Positions 28,391 through 38,655 are shown, counted from the stretch's first letter. The stretch: DNA of 64,000 nt from Candidatus Fervidifonticultor sextus (GCA_031459875.1 JAVKHQ010000007.1:34842-98841), one strand, 5' to 3'. The notes: a model not told the origin generated them from the letters alone. A program made the numbers and translations.

Positions 28391-29308
28391 GTGGCTAGCA
28401 CGCGGTTCCGGACGGCGGTGGCTCCCCCATCCCGCGGGACGGTGGCGCTGGTGGGTGCGGCGCCTGCGCGGACGCTGTGGCGGACGGCCGCCAGACGCCT
28501 GCGCCGCAACCCCCCCGCCATGATCTCCATCGTGTTCCTGGCAGCCATCCACCTCGTGGCGGCCGTAGGGGTGGGGGTGCTGCCGCACGATCCTTTTGCG
28601 ACCAATCCGCTGGAATCGCTGCGGGCAGGCAGCCTCCAGCACCCTCTGGGCACCGATGAGGTCGGCCGGGACGTCCTGGCCCGGCTGGTGCTGGGCTCCC
28701 GCGTCTCGCTGGCGGTCGGGTTCGTCGCCATGGCCATCTCCGTGCTGGTGGGCGTCGCGGTCGGGGCGGCGGCGGGCTACCTCGGACGGTGGATCGATGT
28801 GGTCCTGATGCGCTTCACCGACGCGATGATGGCGCTGCCGACTCTCTTCGTGGTCCTGGCCGCCCTGGCCGTCTTCGGCGGCGGGCCCATCACGGCCACG
28901 GTGGTGATCGGCCTGACCGCCTGGATGCCGGTGGCACGCGTCGTGCGCGGCGAGTACCTCCGGTGGCGGGTGAGCGAGTTCGTGGACGCCGCCAGGGCCG
29001 TCGGGGGGAGCGACCTGCGCATCATGCTGCGCCACATCCTGCCCCAGGTGGTCCCGTCGATCATCGTGGCGGCCACCCTGAACATCGCGTTTGCCATCCT
29101 GACCGAGTCGGCCATCTCCTACCTGGGGCTGGGCATCCGGCCGCCGCTGCCGTCCTGGGGCAACATGCTGCAGAACGCCCAGATCTACATCTGGTCGGCG
29201 CCCACCCTGGCGCTCTACCCCGGGCTGCTGATCCTGATGACGGTGCTGGCGTACAACTTCCTGGGCGACGGGCTGCGGGATGCCCTGGATCCGCGGCTGA
29301 AACTGTGA
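28391..29308 (+). CDS. Peptide ABC permease (DppC/OppC-like)
   Basis: HPLGTDEVGRD, RHILP, PSWGNML, GDGLRDALDP. Confidence 0.93.
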   Translation: MASTRFRTAVAPPSRGTVALVGAAPARTLWRTAARRLRRNPPAMISIVFLAAIHLVAAVGVGVLPHDPFATNPLESLRAGSLQHPLGTDEVGRDVLARLVLGSRVSLAVGFVAMAISVLVGVAVGAAAGYLGRWIDVVLMRFTDAMMALPTLFVVLAALAVFGGGPITATVVIGLTAWMPVARVVRGEYLRWRVSEFVDAARAVGGSDLRIMLRHILPQVVPSIIVAATLNIAFAILTESAISYLGLGIRPPLPSWGNMLQNAQIYIWSAPTLALYPGLLILMTVLAYNFLGDGLRDALDPRLKL

Positions 29309-29341
29309 TCCGGCATCCTCGGTCGTGAAGGAGGAGGGTGA

Positions 29342-31114
29342 ATGATCACCGTGAGCACGTGGCGCAACGAGACCGACGAGCGGCGGCTGATCGACGACGT
29401 CTCGCTGGACGAACCGTGGGCGCTCATTGAAGCCTACACTGGGCTGATCCGCGAGTCGGGCACGCAGGACGAGCGTCGGGCCTTCGACTACCTCAGCCGG
29501 CGCCTGGCGACGTTTGGGGTGCCCCACACGGTCCACACGCCGACGCTGCTGATCAGCGTGCCGCGTCAGGCCCGCCTGGAGGTCCTGGCCCCCCAACGCC
29601 GGATGGTGACCGCCAAGACACCGTCCATGTCGCTGTCCACCGGCGGCCGGTGGAAGCGCGGCCAGGTGGTCTACCTCCCCACCGGACAGGTGGATCACAT
29701 CCGAGGTCTGTTCGAGGGCGCGGGTGCCCTGACGGCGGAGATGGACGGGAAGATCGTCCTCACCGAGGGCTACCCCTCGCCGGGCAAGGTCGCCGACTTC
29801 ACCAGGCGTGGCGCCGCCGGTGCCATCTTCATCAGCCCCGGCGAGCGCATCCACGAGGGCATCTGCACCACCATCTGGGGCTCGCCGGATCTCGACTCCT
29901 GGGAGCGGAAACCCACGATCCCTGTGGTGGCGGTGAACAAGACCGAGGGCGCCTGGCTGCGCGACCTGGCCCGGGGGGGCGGGGTGAAGGTGCGCCTGTC
30001 CACGAACCTCGCCGAGGGATGGGTCGCCTGCCCGCTGTGCGTCGCCGAGATCCCGGGCCGCGAGGTCCCCGAGGAGTTCGTCCTGGTGCACGGCCACGTG
30101 GACGGCTGGCACCAGGGGATCGGCGACAACGCCACCGGCGATGCGACGCTGCTGGAACTCGCCCGGGTCCTGTGGACTCACCGCGAGCGCCTGGCCCGGA
30201 CGGTCCGGATTGCGTGGTGGCCCGGCCATTCCCAGGGACGGTATGCGGGATCGGTGTGGTATGCGGATACGTTCGCCCTGGACCTGGACGCGCACTGCAT
30301 CGCCCACATCAATTGCGATTCGCCCGGCTGCCGGTGGGCGACCGTCTACGAAGACGTCTTCTGGATGAGCGAAGCCGAGGGGATCGGCAGGGCCGTCATC
30401 CGCGACGTCACCGGCCAGGAGGCCGCCGGCGGCCGGCCGCTACGGGCCGGCGACTGTTCCTTCTCCAACATCGGCGTCTCGACGTTCTACATGCTCTCCT
30501 CCACGATGCCCAAATCCCTGATCCAGGAAAAGGGCTACTACCCGGTCGGCGGCTGCGGCGCCAACATCGCCTGGCACACCGAGGACGACACCATCGAGAT
30601 CGCCGACCGCGACAACCTGCTGCGCGATATCAAGGTCTACCTGCTGGCGGCCTACCGCACGGCCAACGCCCCCCTGCACCCGCTGGACTTCACGGCGCTC
30701 GCCGACGAGATCGCCCGGACTCTGCAGGCCTACCAGGACGCCACCGACGGCGAGTTCGACCTGGGCGAGGCGATCGCCGAGGCGCGGGCGCTGCGCGCCG
30801 ATCTGGAGCGCTGGTACCTGGACCGGGCCTCCCTGCTGGACCGCTCGCCGGCGGATCCCGAGGTCCGGGGCGCCAATGCCACGCTGCGGCGGCTGGCGCG
30901 CATCCTGGTGCCCATCAACTACACGCGGGCCGGCCGGTTCCGCCACGACCCCGCCGTCGACGTCCCGCCTCTGCCGGATCTGGCGCCGGCGCGGACCTGG
31001 AAGACCCTGACGCCGGGGAGCGACCTCTACCACGTGACGCGCACACACCTGGTGCGCGGGCGCAACCGGGTCCTGGGGGCGCTGCGGGACGCCCGTGCCC
31101 TGGTGCAGTCCTGA
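29342..31114 (+). CDS. M28-family metallopeptidase-like protein with PA domain
   Basis: HVD, DNATG, NCDSPG, WHT motifs; GGAGG RBS. Confidence 0.85.
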   Translation: MITVSTWRNETDERRLIDDVSLDEPWALIEAYTGLIRESGTQDERRAFDYLSRRLATFGVPHTVHTPTLLISVPRQARLEVLAPQRRMVTAKTPSMSLSTGGRWKRGQVVYLPTGQVDHIRGLFEGAGALTAEMDGKIVLTEGYPSPGKVADFTRRGAAGAIFISPGERIHEGICTTIWGSPDLDSWERKPTIPVVAVNKTEGAWLRDLARGGGVKVRLSTNLAEGWVACPLCVAEIPGREVPEEFVLVHGHVDGWHQGIGDNATGDATLLELARVLWTHRERLARTVRIAWWPGHSQGRYAGSVWYADTFALDLDAHCIAHINCDSPGCRWATVYEDVFWMSEAEGIGRAVIRDVTGQEAAGGRPLRAGDCSFSNIGVSTFYMLSSTMPKSLIQEKGYYPVGGCGANIAWHTEDDTIEIADRDNLLRDIKVYLLAAYRTANAPLHPLDFTALADEIARTLQAYQDATDGEFDLGEAIAEARALRADLERWYLDRASLLDRSPADPEVRGANATLRRLARILVPINYTRAGRFRHDPAVDVPPLPDLAPARTWKTLTPGSDLYHVTRTHLVRGRNRVLGALRDARALVQS

Positions 31115-31128
31115 GGAGGGGTCGGGCC

Positions 31129-32208
31129 GTGGCCTCGCTCCCCTCCACGATGCGGGCCGTCGTCGTGCGGCGGCACGGCGGCCCGGAGGTGCTGAACATC
31201 GAGGACGTTCCGGTGCCCTCGCCGGGAGCTGGCGAGGCGTTGATTCGGGTGAGGGCCTGCGCGCTGAACAACATGGACATCTGGGCGCGCTCCGGCCCGC
31301 CCGGCGGCCGCCCCATCTTCCCCTGGCGCGAGCGCGCGTTTCCGTTCACCAGCGGCGGCGATGTGGCGGGCACGGTCGAGACCCTGGGTGCCGGCGTGCA
31401 GGACTGGGTCCGGGGCGATCGGGTCGTCGTGAACCCCATCCTCTCCTGCGGTGACTGCGAGTTCTGCCTGGCCGGCGAACAGACCATGTGCCTGCACTAC
31501 CGGATCTTCGGCGAGCACACCCCGGGGGGCCTGGCGGAGTATGTGGTCGCGCCGGCGCGCAACCTGCTGCGCCTGCCCGATCACGTGCCGTTTGAGAAAG
31601 CCGCAGTGCCGGCGGCGTACTGCACCGCATGGCGGATGATGATCACCGCCGGAGGGCTCCGCGCCGGCGAGGACGTGCTGATCGTCGGCGCCTCCGGCGG
31701 CGTGGGGACGGCGGCGCTGCTCATCGCCAGGATGGCCGGAGCCCGCCGCATCTTCGCCGTCGTCACCGGGGCGGAGAAGGCCCGCAAGGCGGCGGAGGCC
31801 GGAGCGATCCCCATCGACCGCGCCGTTACTCCCAACTTCAGCGAGCACGTGCTGGAAGCGACCGAAGGGGCCGGCGTGCACCTGGCCGCCGATCCCGTGG
31901 GCGCGCCCACGTGGCCGCAGACGATCCGCAGCCTGCGCCGCGGGGGCCGCATGACCATCTGCGGCGCCTCGGGGGGCGAGCGGCCGGACTTCGATATCCG
32001 CGAGGTCTACCAGCGACACCGCCGCATCATCGGCGCGCCGATGGGTAACGTGAGCGACCTGGGCGCGGTGATGGGCGCCATCTTCTCGGGGGCGATCGAT
32101 CCGATCCTCCACGCCGTGCTACCGCTGGACCGAATCCGCGAGGCCCACCGCCTCATGGAGGCCCGCGAGCATTTCGGGAAAGTCGTGATGGTGCCGCCAA
32201 CAGGTTGA
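31129..32208 (+). CDS. MDR-family zinc-binding oxidoreductase
   Basis: HGGPEVL, CGDCEFC structural Zn site, GASGGVG, FGKVV. Confidence 0.9.
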   Translation: MASLPSTMRAVVVRRHGGPEVLNIEDVPVPSPGAGEALIRVRACALNNMDIWARSGPPGGRPIFPWRERAFPFTSGGDVAGTVETLGAGVQDWVRGDRVVVNPILSCGDCEFCLAGEQTMCLHYRIFGEHTPGGLAEYVVAPARNLLRLPDHVPFEKAAVPAAYCTAWRMMITAGGLRAGEDVLIVGASGGVGTAALLIARMAGARRIFAVVTGAEKARKAAEAGAIPIDRAVTPNFSEHVLEATEGAGVHLAADPVGAPTWPQTIRSLRRGGRMTICGASGGERPDFDIREVYQRHRRIIGAPMGNVSDLGAVMGAIFSGAIDPILHAVLPLDRIREAHRLMEAREHFGKVVMVPPTG

Positions 32209-32261
32209 CAAGCCACCGATGATCTTGGACGATAAGGGCGAGCCTTTCATGCGTCGAGCCA

Positions 32262-33062
32262 ATGCCTAGGGCCAACACTGTCGTCGAGATCGACGTCAAG
32301 ATCTTCGACCGCCCCCGGACCTTCGTGTTTCGGGGACGATCGCTGCGGGCGCTGGCTGCGGCGCTACGCCGCGAAGCCGAGCGGTCCAACCCGCAGCTCG
32401 GACGCATCGCCGGCCTGCTGGACACGCTCGCCGCCGCCGGCTGGCGGTTTGCGGCCTTCAAGGGCCAGGTGGTCACCCTCGTGCATGCCCACGCCACCAA
32501 CCGCGCGGAAGCCGAGGCCTTCCTCAGCGAGCGCGTCGGCCCCGACCTGCTGGCGCGGATCAGCGTGCGGGAGCGGGTCAACGGGCCGTCGGCCAAACCG
32601 CCGCGCCTCCCGAAGGCCGACGACGAACTCAGCCGCGAGATCCGTCGGCTGGTCGGGGCGGAGAGCCACAAGAAAGACCTCTACCTGGGTCACCCCACCG
32701 AGGAACTCGCCGAACTGCTCCTGGACATGAGTTTCCTCGCCCAGGAGGCCATGGACGATCCGGACGTCGCGCGCCTGCTGGATCGGCTGCGCGCCGAGCA
32801 CGAAGAGGACCAGCAGTACCGCGACCTGCACAGCCGGTACCTGTCACTGACCGAACGGACCGGCATGGGGCATCCCGCCGCCGAGGAGGCCTACTGGGAC
32901 CTGTTCTCCTACACGGCCCACAAACTGTCGCGGCTGATCCCGGCGCTGCGGGGCTTCCTGGAGCGGCGCGGCTTCTCCGATCTCTGCGAGCACGAGGCCA
33001 CCGCCTTCCTCACGGCGGCGCTCTCGCTGGCGCTGTCGACCATCGAGGCCGACGATCACTGA
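32262..33062 (+). CDS. Hypothetical protein
   Basis: 266-aa ORF with host-like codon usage; no motif recognised. Confidence 0.65.
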   Translation: MPRANTVVEIDVKIFDRPRTFVFRGRSLRALAAALRREAERSNPQLGRIAGLLDTLAAAGWRFAAFKGQVVTLVHAHATNRAEAEAFLSERVGPDLLARISVRERVNGPSAKPPRLPKADDELSREIRRLVGAESHKKDLYLGHPTEELAELLLDMSFLAQEAMDDPDVARLLDRLRAEHEEDQQYRDLHSRYLSLTERTGMGHPAAEEAYWDLFSYTAHKLSRLIPALRGFLERRGFSDLCEHEATAFLTAALSLALSTIEADDH

Positions 33063-33074
33063 CGCCTGCCGCAC

Positions 33075-33201
33075 CACCTTGAAGTTAACCTGCGCCCTGG
33101 CCGCTGCGTCGTTCCCGCTGATCTAGATGTGATGGTGGTCGCCGGCCACCCGGCCGGGGTTGACCATCATGTTGCAGTTGACCGTGGTGCGCGTTTTCAC
33201 G
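33075..33201 (-). pseudogene. NADPH-dependent F420 reductase/NADP oxidoreductase relic
   Basis: VKTRTTVNCNMMVNPGRVAGDHHHI*ISGNDAAARAQV resembles VK..NT.N...MVNP......D.F.SGND..AK..V. Confidence 0.55.
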
Positions 33202-33250
33202 AACGGGCCGGCCTCCGCGCGAGGCGACCGCCTCGGATCGGGAACCACCT

Positions 33251-34573
33251 CTACGCCGGGATTGGGCCTGTGGCCGTGGACCCCACGGGTTCCAGGTACA
33301 GCACCTCGGCGCTGTCGTCGTAGGCGAGGACCTCTGCGTAGCGTCCCCAGTTGACGATGGTGTCGAGCTGCCGTTCCGCCTCTTCCGCGGGGAACTCCAA
33401 CTCCAGCGCGGCCAGCACCACGCTCCACTCCAACCGCTGTCCCTTTGCTGCGCGCAGCAGGGAGAGCAGCCAGGTGAAGATGGGCAGCCGGCGGATGCGG
33501 GTGGCGAAGATCTCCTTGCGGACCAGAATGCTGGCCTCGGCGAACGTCTCGCCCAACGGCGTGAGGGTGATGTCGCCCTGCGCCACCGTCGCAAACCCGA
33601 GCAGCTCGGTGGCGTCGGTGAGACGCAGGAGATGGTCGGTGTCCACGCCCAGGTCATCGTCGAGCCGGTGGAGGTCTGCGCGCAGGCCGGGTCGTTCGGC
33701 GAGATGCTCGATGAGGCCGGTCAGGGCGTGGATCGTGATGTGCGGCAGGCTCCGGATCCGGCCGGGCCCGCCTGGCGCGCCGCCCAGCTCCACGGGCTCC
33801 GGTCCCGTCTCGCCGGCGAGGGTCGCGTAAACGTGGTCCACGACTGCGAGGAAGTCCAACGACTTGCGGTTGCGGGGGTGGGGGAGACCGATCGGCAGAT
33901 CGGCCACCACGCGGCCGGGATCCTTGTCCATCACGACGACCCGGTCGGCCATGAAGACCGCCTCGTCGATGTTGTGCGTGACCATCAGGATGGCCCGCGT
34001 GGGGATGCGGCCGGTGGTCCACAGCTCCAGGAGGTCGCCGCGCAGCGATTCGGCGCTGAGCACGTCGAGCGCCGAGAAGGGCTCGTCGAGGCAGAGCAGC
34101 TCCGGCTCCACCGCCATGGCCCGAGCGAAGCCGACTTTCTGTCGCATGCCGCCCGACAACTCTCGGGGATAGGCGGACTCGAAGCCGTCGAGGCCCACGC
34201 GGTCCAGCAGGTCCACCGCACGCGCGGTCCGGACCGCCGGGGAAATGCCCCGGGCCTTCAACGCGATCTCGACATTCTGCTGCACCGTCAGCCACGGGAA
34301 CAGCGCAAACGTCTGGAAGACGATGGTCGCGTGCGGGTTCACGCCGCGGAGCGGCTGGCCGCGGTATAGCACCTGTCCCTCCGTCGGCCGCTGGAGCCCG
34401 GTGATGATCCGCAGTAGCGTGCTCTTGCCGCACCCCGACGGACCCACGAGGGTCACGAACTCGCCCTCGGAGACCGACAATGACACATCCTGCACGGCGA
34501 CGAACCGTCTGGCGCCGACGCCATAGGACTGTCCGACGTGCCTGAGTTCCAACAGCGGAGCGGTGTCGGCCAT
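33251..34573 (-). CDS. NitT/TauT-family ABC ATPase with C-terminal AAA-associated domain
   Basis: GPSGCGKST, LSGGMRQK, LDEPFSALD, C-terminal WGRYAE. Confidence 0.93.
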   Translation of the reverse strand: MADTAPLLELRHVGQSYGVGARRFVAVQDVSLSVSEGEFVTLVGPSGCGKSTLLRIITGLQRPTEGQVLYRGQPLRGVNPHATIVFQTFALFPWLTVQQNVEIALKARGISPAVRTARAVDLLDRVGLDGFESAYPRELSGGMRQKVGFARAMAVEPELLCLDEPFSALDVLSAESLRGDLLELWTTGRIPTRAILMVTHNIDEAVFMADRVVVMDKDPGRVVADLPIGLPHPRNRKSLDFLAVVDHVYATLAGETGPEPVELGGAPGGPGRIRSLPHITIHALTGLIEHLAERPGLRADLHRLDDDLGVDTDHLLRLTDATELLGFATVAQGDITLTPLGETFAEASILVRKEIFATRIRRLPIFTWLLSLLRAAKGQRLEWSVVLAALELEFPAEEAERQLDTIVNWGRYAEVLAYDDSAEVLYLEPVGSTATGPIPA

Positions 34574-34576
34574 GGA

Positions 34577-36295
34577 TCACTCCATACGGTAGCGCTCCGC
34601 GGCGACACCGTACAGCCGCCGCCAGACTAGCCGGTTGACCGTGACGACCGTGGCCACCATGGCCAGCGTGGCCGCCAGCAGTAGCGGGTAGTCGCCGGAC
34701 GCCGTCGCGTGGCTGATGAGGGCTCCGATCCCGACAGTGGACAGGGTCCGGCCGCCGAACTCGATGTACTCGGCAACGATGCTGGCGTTCCACGCGCCGC
34801 CGCTCGCGGTGATCGCGCCCGTGATAATGTACGGAAACAGCGCGGGCAGCACGAGCGTCCGCCACCGCTCTCGCCGGTCCAGCTGGAGGAGCGCGCTCGT
34901 GTACTTGAGATCCTGCGGGATGGCCGAAGCGCCGGCGATGATGTTGAACAGCAGGTACCATTGCGTGCCCATCAGCATAAGCAGCACCGCGGCTAGGTTG
35001 AGACCCGCCGGCAGCGCCGCCAGCGCCAGCACGAAGACCGGGAACAGCGCGGTGGCGGGGACCGATGCCGTGACCTGGATGACCGGCTGGAGCCAGGTCG
35101 CCAGGCGCGGGGAACTGCCGATCGCCACGCCCAACGGGACGGTCCAGGCCAGCGCGATGGCCAGCGCAGCCGTCACCCGCAGGAGCGTGGCGATGAGGCC
35201 CACGCCGATCGCCGCCCACTGGCCCGGCGGGATCCGCAGCAACACCTCAACCGCGCGCGCCGAGCCGTAGAGCAGACCTGCCGCGCCCAGCGCCAGCGCG
35301 GCGTACCAGCCCCATCGGCCTGCCCTGGAGCCGCTGCTTGACGCGACGGTCACCGCGAGCCGACGCCCGATCCACCCTTCGGCGGCCTCGAGCACCTGAT
35401 ACGCGACCCGCGCGCCGAGCCAGTGCGCCATCCGCGACGTGCGCCAGGCGTCGTAGAACCACGATGTCGGGGGGGTCCGGTTTTCGACCATCTCCAGCTT
35501 GAACCGGTCCGACCAGGCCAGGAGCGGCCGCCACACGAGCTGGTCCAGCACGACAATCAGGACGACCAGTGTGCCGATCCCGAATCCCACCGCACGCAGG
35601 TCGCCCCGGTTCGCGGCTGCCTGCAGGTAGGCGCCCAGGCCGGGGAGGCGGAAGTCGCGGTCGCCCACGGTGAAGATCTCCGCGGCCATCAGGAAGAACC
35701 AGCCGCCGGCCCAGCCCATCATGCTGTTCCAGATCAGGCTGATCGCGGCAAAGGGCAACTCCAACGTCCTCAGCCGCAGCCAGCCCAGCCTGAAGACGTC
35801 GCTGACCTCCCGCAGTTCCTTCGGAATCGTGGTCAGCGACTGATACCAGGCGAAGGTGATATTCCACACCTGGCTGGTGAAGATGAGCACGATGGCGGCA
35901 AACTCCGCGGCAATGGCCTGTGGCAGGATGGCGCTGAAGCTCAGCAGCACGACCGGCAGGAAGGAGAGGATGGGTACGCTCTGCAGGACGTCAAGCAGCG
36001 GCAGCAGCATCTGTTCGGCCCGCCGGCTGTAGGCGGCCAGGTATCCATAGACCAGCGAGAACGCCATGGACAGCGCATACGCCGCAGCCATGCGCCCGAG
36101 CGAGCGGAACGTGTACCAGGGCAGCGTGCCGGGCGCCAGCGAGATCTCCGGTCCACGGACGGCGGGGGGCGCGTTATAGGCGAGCCGGACTCCGGCATAG
36201 ATCAGCGTGATGATAACCAGCAGAACGATCACGTCGCCCCAGGTAAAAGGACGCTCGGCTGGCTGCTCGACCCTGAAGAGTCGGGTGATACGCAC
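34577..36295 (-). CDS. NitT/TauT-family ABC permease (duplicated domain)
   Basis: DVLQSVPILSFLP, WNSMM.WAGGWFFL, GGAWNASIVAE; start approximate. Confidence 0.9.
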   Translation of the reverse strand: MRITRLFRVEQPAERPFTWGDVIVLLVIITLIYAGVRLAYNAPPAVRGPEISLAPGTLPWYTFRSLGRMAAAYALSMAFSLVYGYLAAYSRRAEQMLLPLLDVLQSVPILSFLPVVLLSFSAILPQAIAAEFAAIVLIFTSQVWNITFAWYQSLTTIPKELREVSDVFRLGWLRLRTLELPFAAISLIWNSMMGWAGGWFFLMAAEIFTVGDRDFRLPGLGAYLQAAANRGDLRAVGFGIGTLVVLIVVLDQLVWRPLLAWSDRFKLEMVENRTPPTSWFYDAWRTSRMAHWLGARVAYQVLEAAEGWIGRRLAVTVASSSGSRAGRWGWYAALALGAAGLLYGSARAVEVLLRIPPGQWAAIGVGLIATLLRVTAALAIALAWTVPLGVAIGSSPRLATWLQPVIQVTASVPATALFPVFVLALAALPAGLNLAAVLLMLMGTQWYLLFNIIAGASAIPQDLKYTSALLQLDRRERWRTLVLPALFPYIITGAITASGGAWNASIVAEYIEFGGRTLSTVGIGALISHATASGDYPLLLAATLAMVATVVTVNRLVWRRLYGVAAERYRME

Positions 36296-36389
36296 GACAG
36301 GACAACTCGTATCGGCTGGCCGCGCGTCTTGCGCTGCTGACGCGCCGCTGAGGAGTTCGCGCCCGGCGTGGGATACTCCCCCAACGGTC

Positions 36390-36503
36390 ATGGAGCCGAT
36401 CGTCTCGCTCGCGCGGCCCGACAGCGCAGGGTTCGCGGCCAATCGCCGCCACCACGAGCGGCAGGTCGCGGAACTGCGTGAGCGGGTGGCCGTGGTGAGC
36501 ATG
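36390..36503 (+). pseudogene. Acyl-CoA carboxylase carboxyltransferase (MCC beta-like) N-terminal relic
   Basis: MEPIVSLARPDSAGFAANRRHHERQVAELRERVA; similarity ends abruptly. Confidence 0.45.
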
Positions 36504-36581
36504 CCGTGCACGGCGCCTGCCTGCAGGACTCCGCTTCCGGGCGGCCGCCGGATCTCACAACCTCGAAGGAGGAGAGTATCA

Positions 36582-36615
36582 ATGCCGTTCGAGCTTCCAG
36601 CTTTGCCTTGCGCGC
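36582..36615 (+). pseudogene. Fe/Mn superoxide dismutase 5' relic
   Basis: AAGGAGG RBS then MPFELPALPCA (family start MxFELPxLPYA); nothing SOD-like follows. Confidence 0.45.
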
Positions 36616-36761
36616 GAGGTACCGCGAGAGCTATCTACCGCGTGGCCCATCGCATGCTGGGGAGCCGCCACACCGCCAGCTCTCCCGCCCAGGGACCTCC
36701 GCGGGGGGGTCCTGTCATAAATCCTTGACCTAGTTCTGTATCGTTGCTTATCCTGTCAGCA

Positions 36762-37877
36762 ATGGGGCGTCGGGTGCCGGCGGAACTGGAAGGCCGCGTG
36801 CGGGCGGTACGGGAGGTGTGCGGCCTGTCCCAGGCGGAGCTGGCGCGTGCTGCGGGGCTTTCGCGGCAGGCTCTGTCTGCCATCGAGTCGGGCCGTTACC
36901 TGCCCAACACCGCCGTGGCGCTCCGGCTGGCCCGGGCCCTGGGCTGCACAGTCGAGGACCTGTTCACCCCTCCCGTCCTCCCCGCACTCAGAGCGCGCCT
37001 GGCCGAGGACACCCCTACCCTCCGGGTGCGGCTGGGTCGGGTGCGCGAGGAGCTGGTGGCCTGGCCGTTGTGGGGTTGGGCAGCGCCGCTTCCAGCGGAT
37101 GGTACCCTGAGGAGTCGGTCCGGACGCAGGGCCACGGTGGCCCTTCTCCCCGGGGCGGCGACGCTCGAGCGCATGCAGACCCTGTTTCTGGCTGGCTGCG
37201 ACCCGGCCCTGTACATCGCAGCCGCGCTGGCGGAGGCGAGCGGGAAGGTGCGGGCGCACTGGATTCCGGTCAGTAGCGCTCGCGCCCTTCGGGCCCTTCG
37301 CGACGGCTTGGTCCACGTGGCGGGGACCCACCTCCACCCGCCTGAGGACCCGGAAGGCATCGAGACCATCCGCCGCATCGTAGGGCGGCTGCCGGCCGTG
37401 CTGGTGTCCCTGGCCCGGTGGGTGGAGGGGGTCGTGCTGAGGCCAGGGGCGCGGGTTCGCAGGCCCGAGGACCTGCTCCAAAGGGGAGTGCGCGTGGTGA
37501 ACCGTGAGCAAGGTTCCGGCAGCCGTTTGCTTTTCGACCACTGGCTTGCGGGCGCGGGGGTGCCGGTCGACCGGGTGACGGGCTACCGCCGCGAACTGTC
37601 GAGTCATCTCGCAGTGGGAGAGGCGGTCGCCGGGGGGCTTGCCGATGCGGGCCCGGGGGTGCTGCCGGTGGCGCGCAGCTACGGCCTGGACTTCCTGCCC
37701 CTCGCCGAGCATCGATACGACTTGGTGATCCCCCGGGACCTCATCGACACAGAGCCCGTGCGGGTTCTGCTGGACGTCGTAACCGGTCGCCGGTTCCGTC
37801 AGCAGCTGGCGGTCATCGGAGGCTACGACCCGGCCCCAGCGGGCGGGGTGCGGACGCTGGAGGGCCCAGCAGGGTGA
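36762..37877 (+). CDS. XRE-HTH plus periplasmic-binding-like domain regulator (molybdate-associated)
   Basis: LSQAELARAAGLSRQALSAIESG; AGCDP, HVAGTHL, VNREQGSGSR, SHLAV. Confidence 0.88.
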   Translation: MGRRVPAELEGRVRAVREVCGLSQAELARAAGLSRQALSAIESGRYLPNTAVALRLARALGCTVEDLFTPPVLPALRARLAEDTPTLRVRLGRVREELVAWPLWGWAAPLPADGTLRSRSGRRATVALLPGAATLERMQTLFLAGCDPALYIAAALAEASGKVRAHWIPVSSARALRALRDGLVHVAGTHLHPPEDPEGIETIRRIVGRLPAVLVSLARWVEGVVLRPGARVRRPEDLLQRGVRVVNREQGSGSRLLFDHWLAGAGVPVDRVTGYRRELSSHLAVGEAVAGGLADAGPGVLPVARSYGLDFLPLAEHRYDLVIPRDLIDTEPVRVLLDVVTGRRFRQQLAVIGGYDPAPAGGVRTLEGPAG

Positions 37878-38653
37878 GGAGGGCCCTCCGGATTCTCCCG
37901 TTGGTGGCCCTGTTCTGTCAGACCCCAGCGGCAGGCCGGTCCCCGGAGGCGTTACTGGTGGCGGCCGCGGCGGACCTCCGGTATGCCTTCGAGGAGCTTG
38001 CGGAGGCGTTCCGCGCCCGCGCGGGCCTGCCCGTGACGGTGTCCTTGGGTTCCTCAGGCCAACTCGCCCACCAGGTGGAGCATGGGGCGCCCTTCGACGT
38101 GTTCTTCTCCGCCAACGAGGCGTTCGTCCAGCGGCTGGCGGAGCGGGGGGACATTCTGCGGGACACGGTCCAGCTGTACGCGGTGGGCCGCATCGTCCTG
38201 TGGGTACGCCGCGGAAGCGACCTGGCTCTCGATCGAGGGCTGACCGTCCTAGTGGATCGTCGGGTACGCTACGTGGCCATCGCCAACCCTGAACACGCTC
38301 CGTACGGGCAAGCCGCCCGTCAGGCCCTGGTGCGTTCCGGGGTGTACGAACCGGTGCGGCCGAAGCTGGTCTACGGGGAGAACGTCAGCCTGACCTTGCA
38401 GCTGGTCCAGTCAGGGAACGCGGACGTGGGGGTCGTGGCCCTGTCCCTGGCCCTGGCACCTCCGGTGTCCCGGCAAGGCCGATTCTGGCTGATCCCGCAG
38501 GAGTTGCACGATCCCATCCGCCAGGCTGCAGGCGTAGTCGCACGGTCTACCCGCCAGCGGCAGGCGCGGGCCTTCCTGTCCTTCGTGAACGGCCCCGAGG
38601 GCCGGCCGGTCATGCGGCGTTACGGCTTCGTGCTCCCCGGGGAGGAGCGGTAG
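37874..38653 (+). CDS. modA: Molybdate ABC substrate-binding protein
   Basis: AAADL, GSSGQL, GAPFDVFFSAN, IANPEHAPYG, GENV. Confidence 0.93.
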   Translation: MRRALRILPLVALFCQTPAAGRSPEALLVAAAADLRYAFEELAEAFRARAGLPVTVSLGSSGQLAHQVEHGAPFDVFFSANEAFVQRLAERGDILRDTVQLYAVGRIVLWVRRGSDLALDRGLTVLVDRRVRYVAIANPEHAPYGQAARQALVRSGVYEPVRPKLVYGENVSLTLQLVQSGNADVGVVALSLALAPPVSRQGRFWLIPQELHDPIRQAAGVVARSTRQRQARAFLSFVNGPEGRPVMRRYGFVLPGEER

Positions 38654-38655
38654 CC

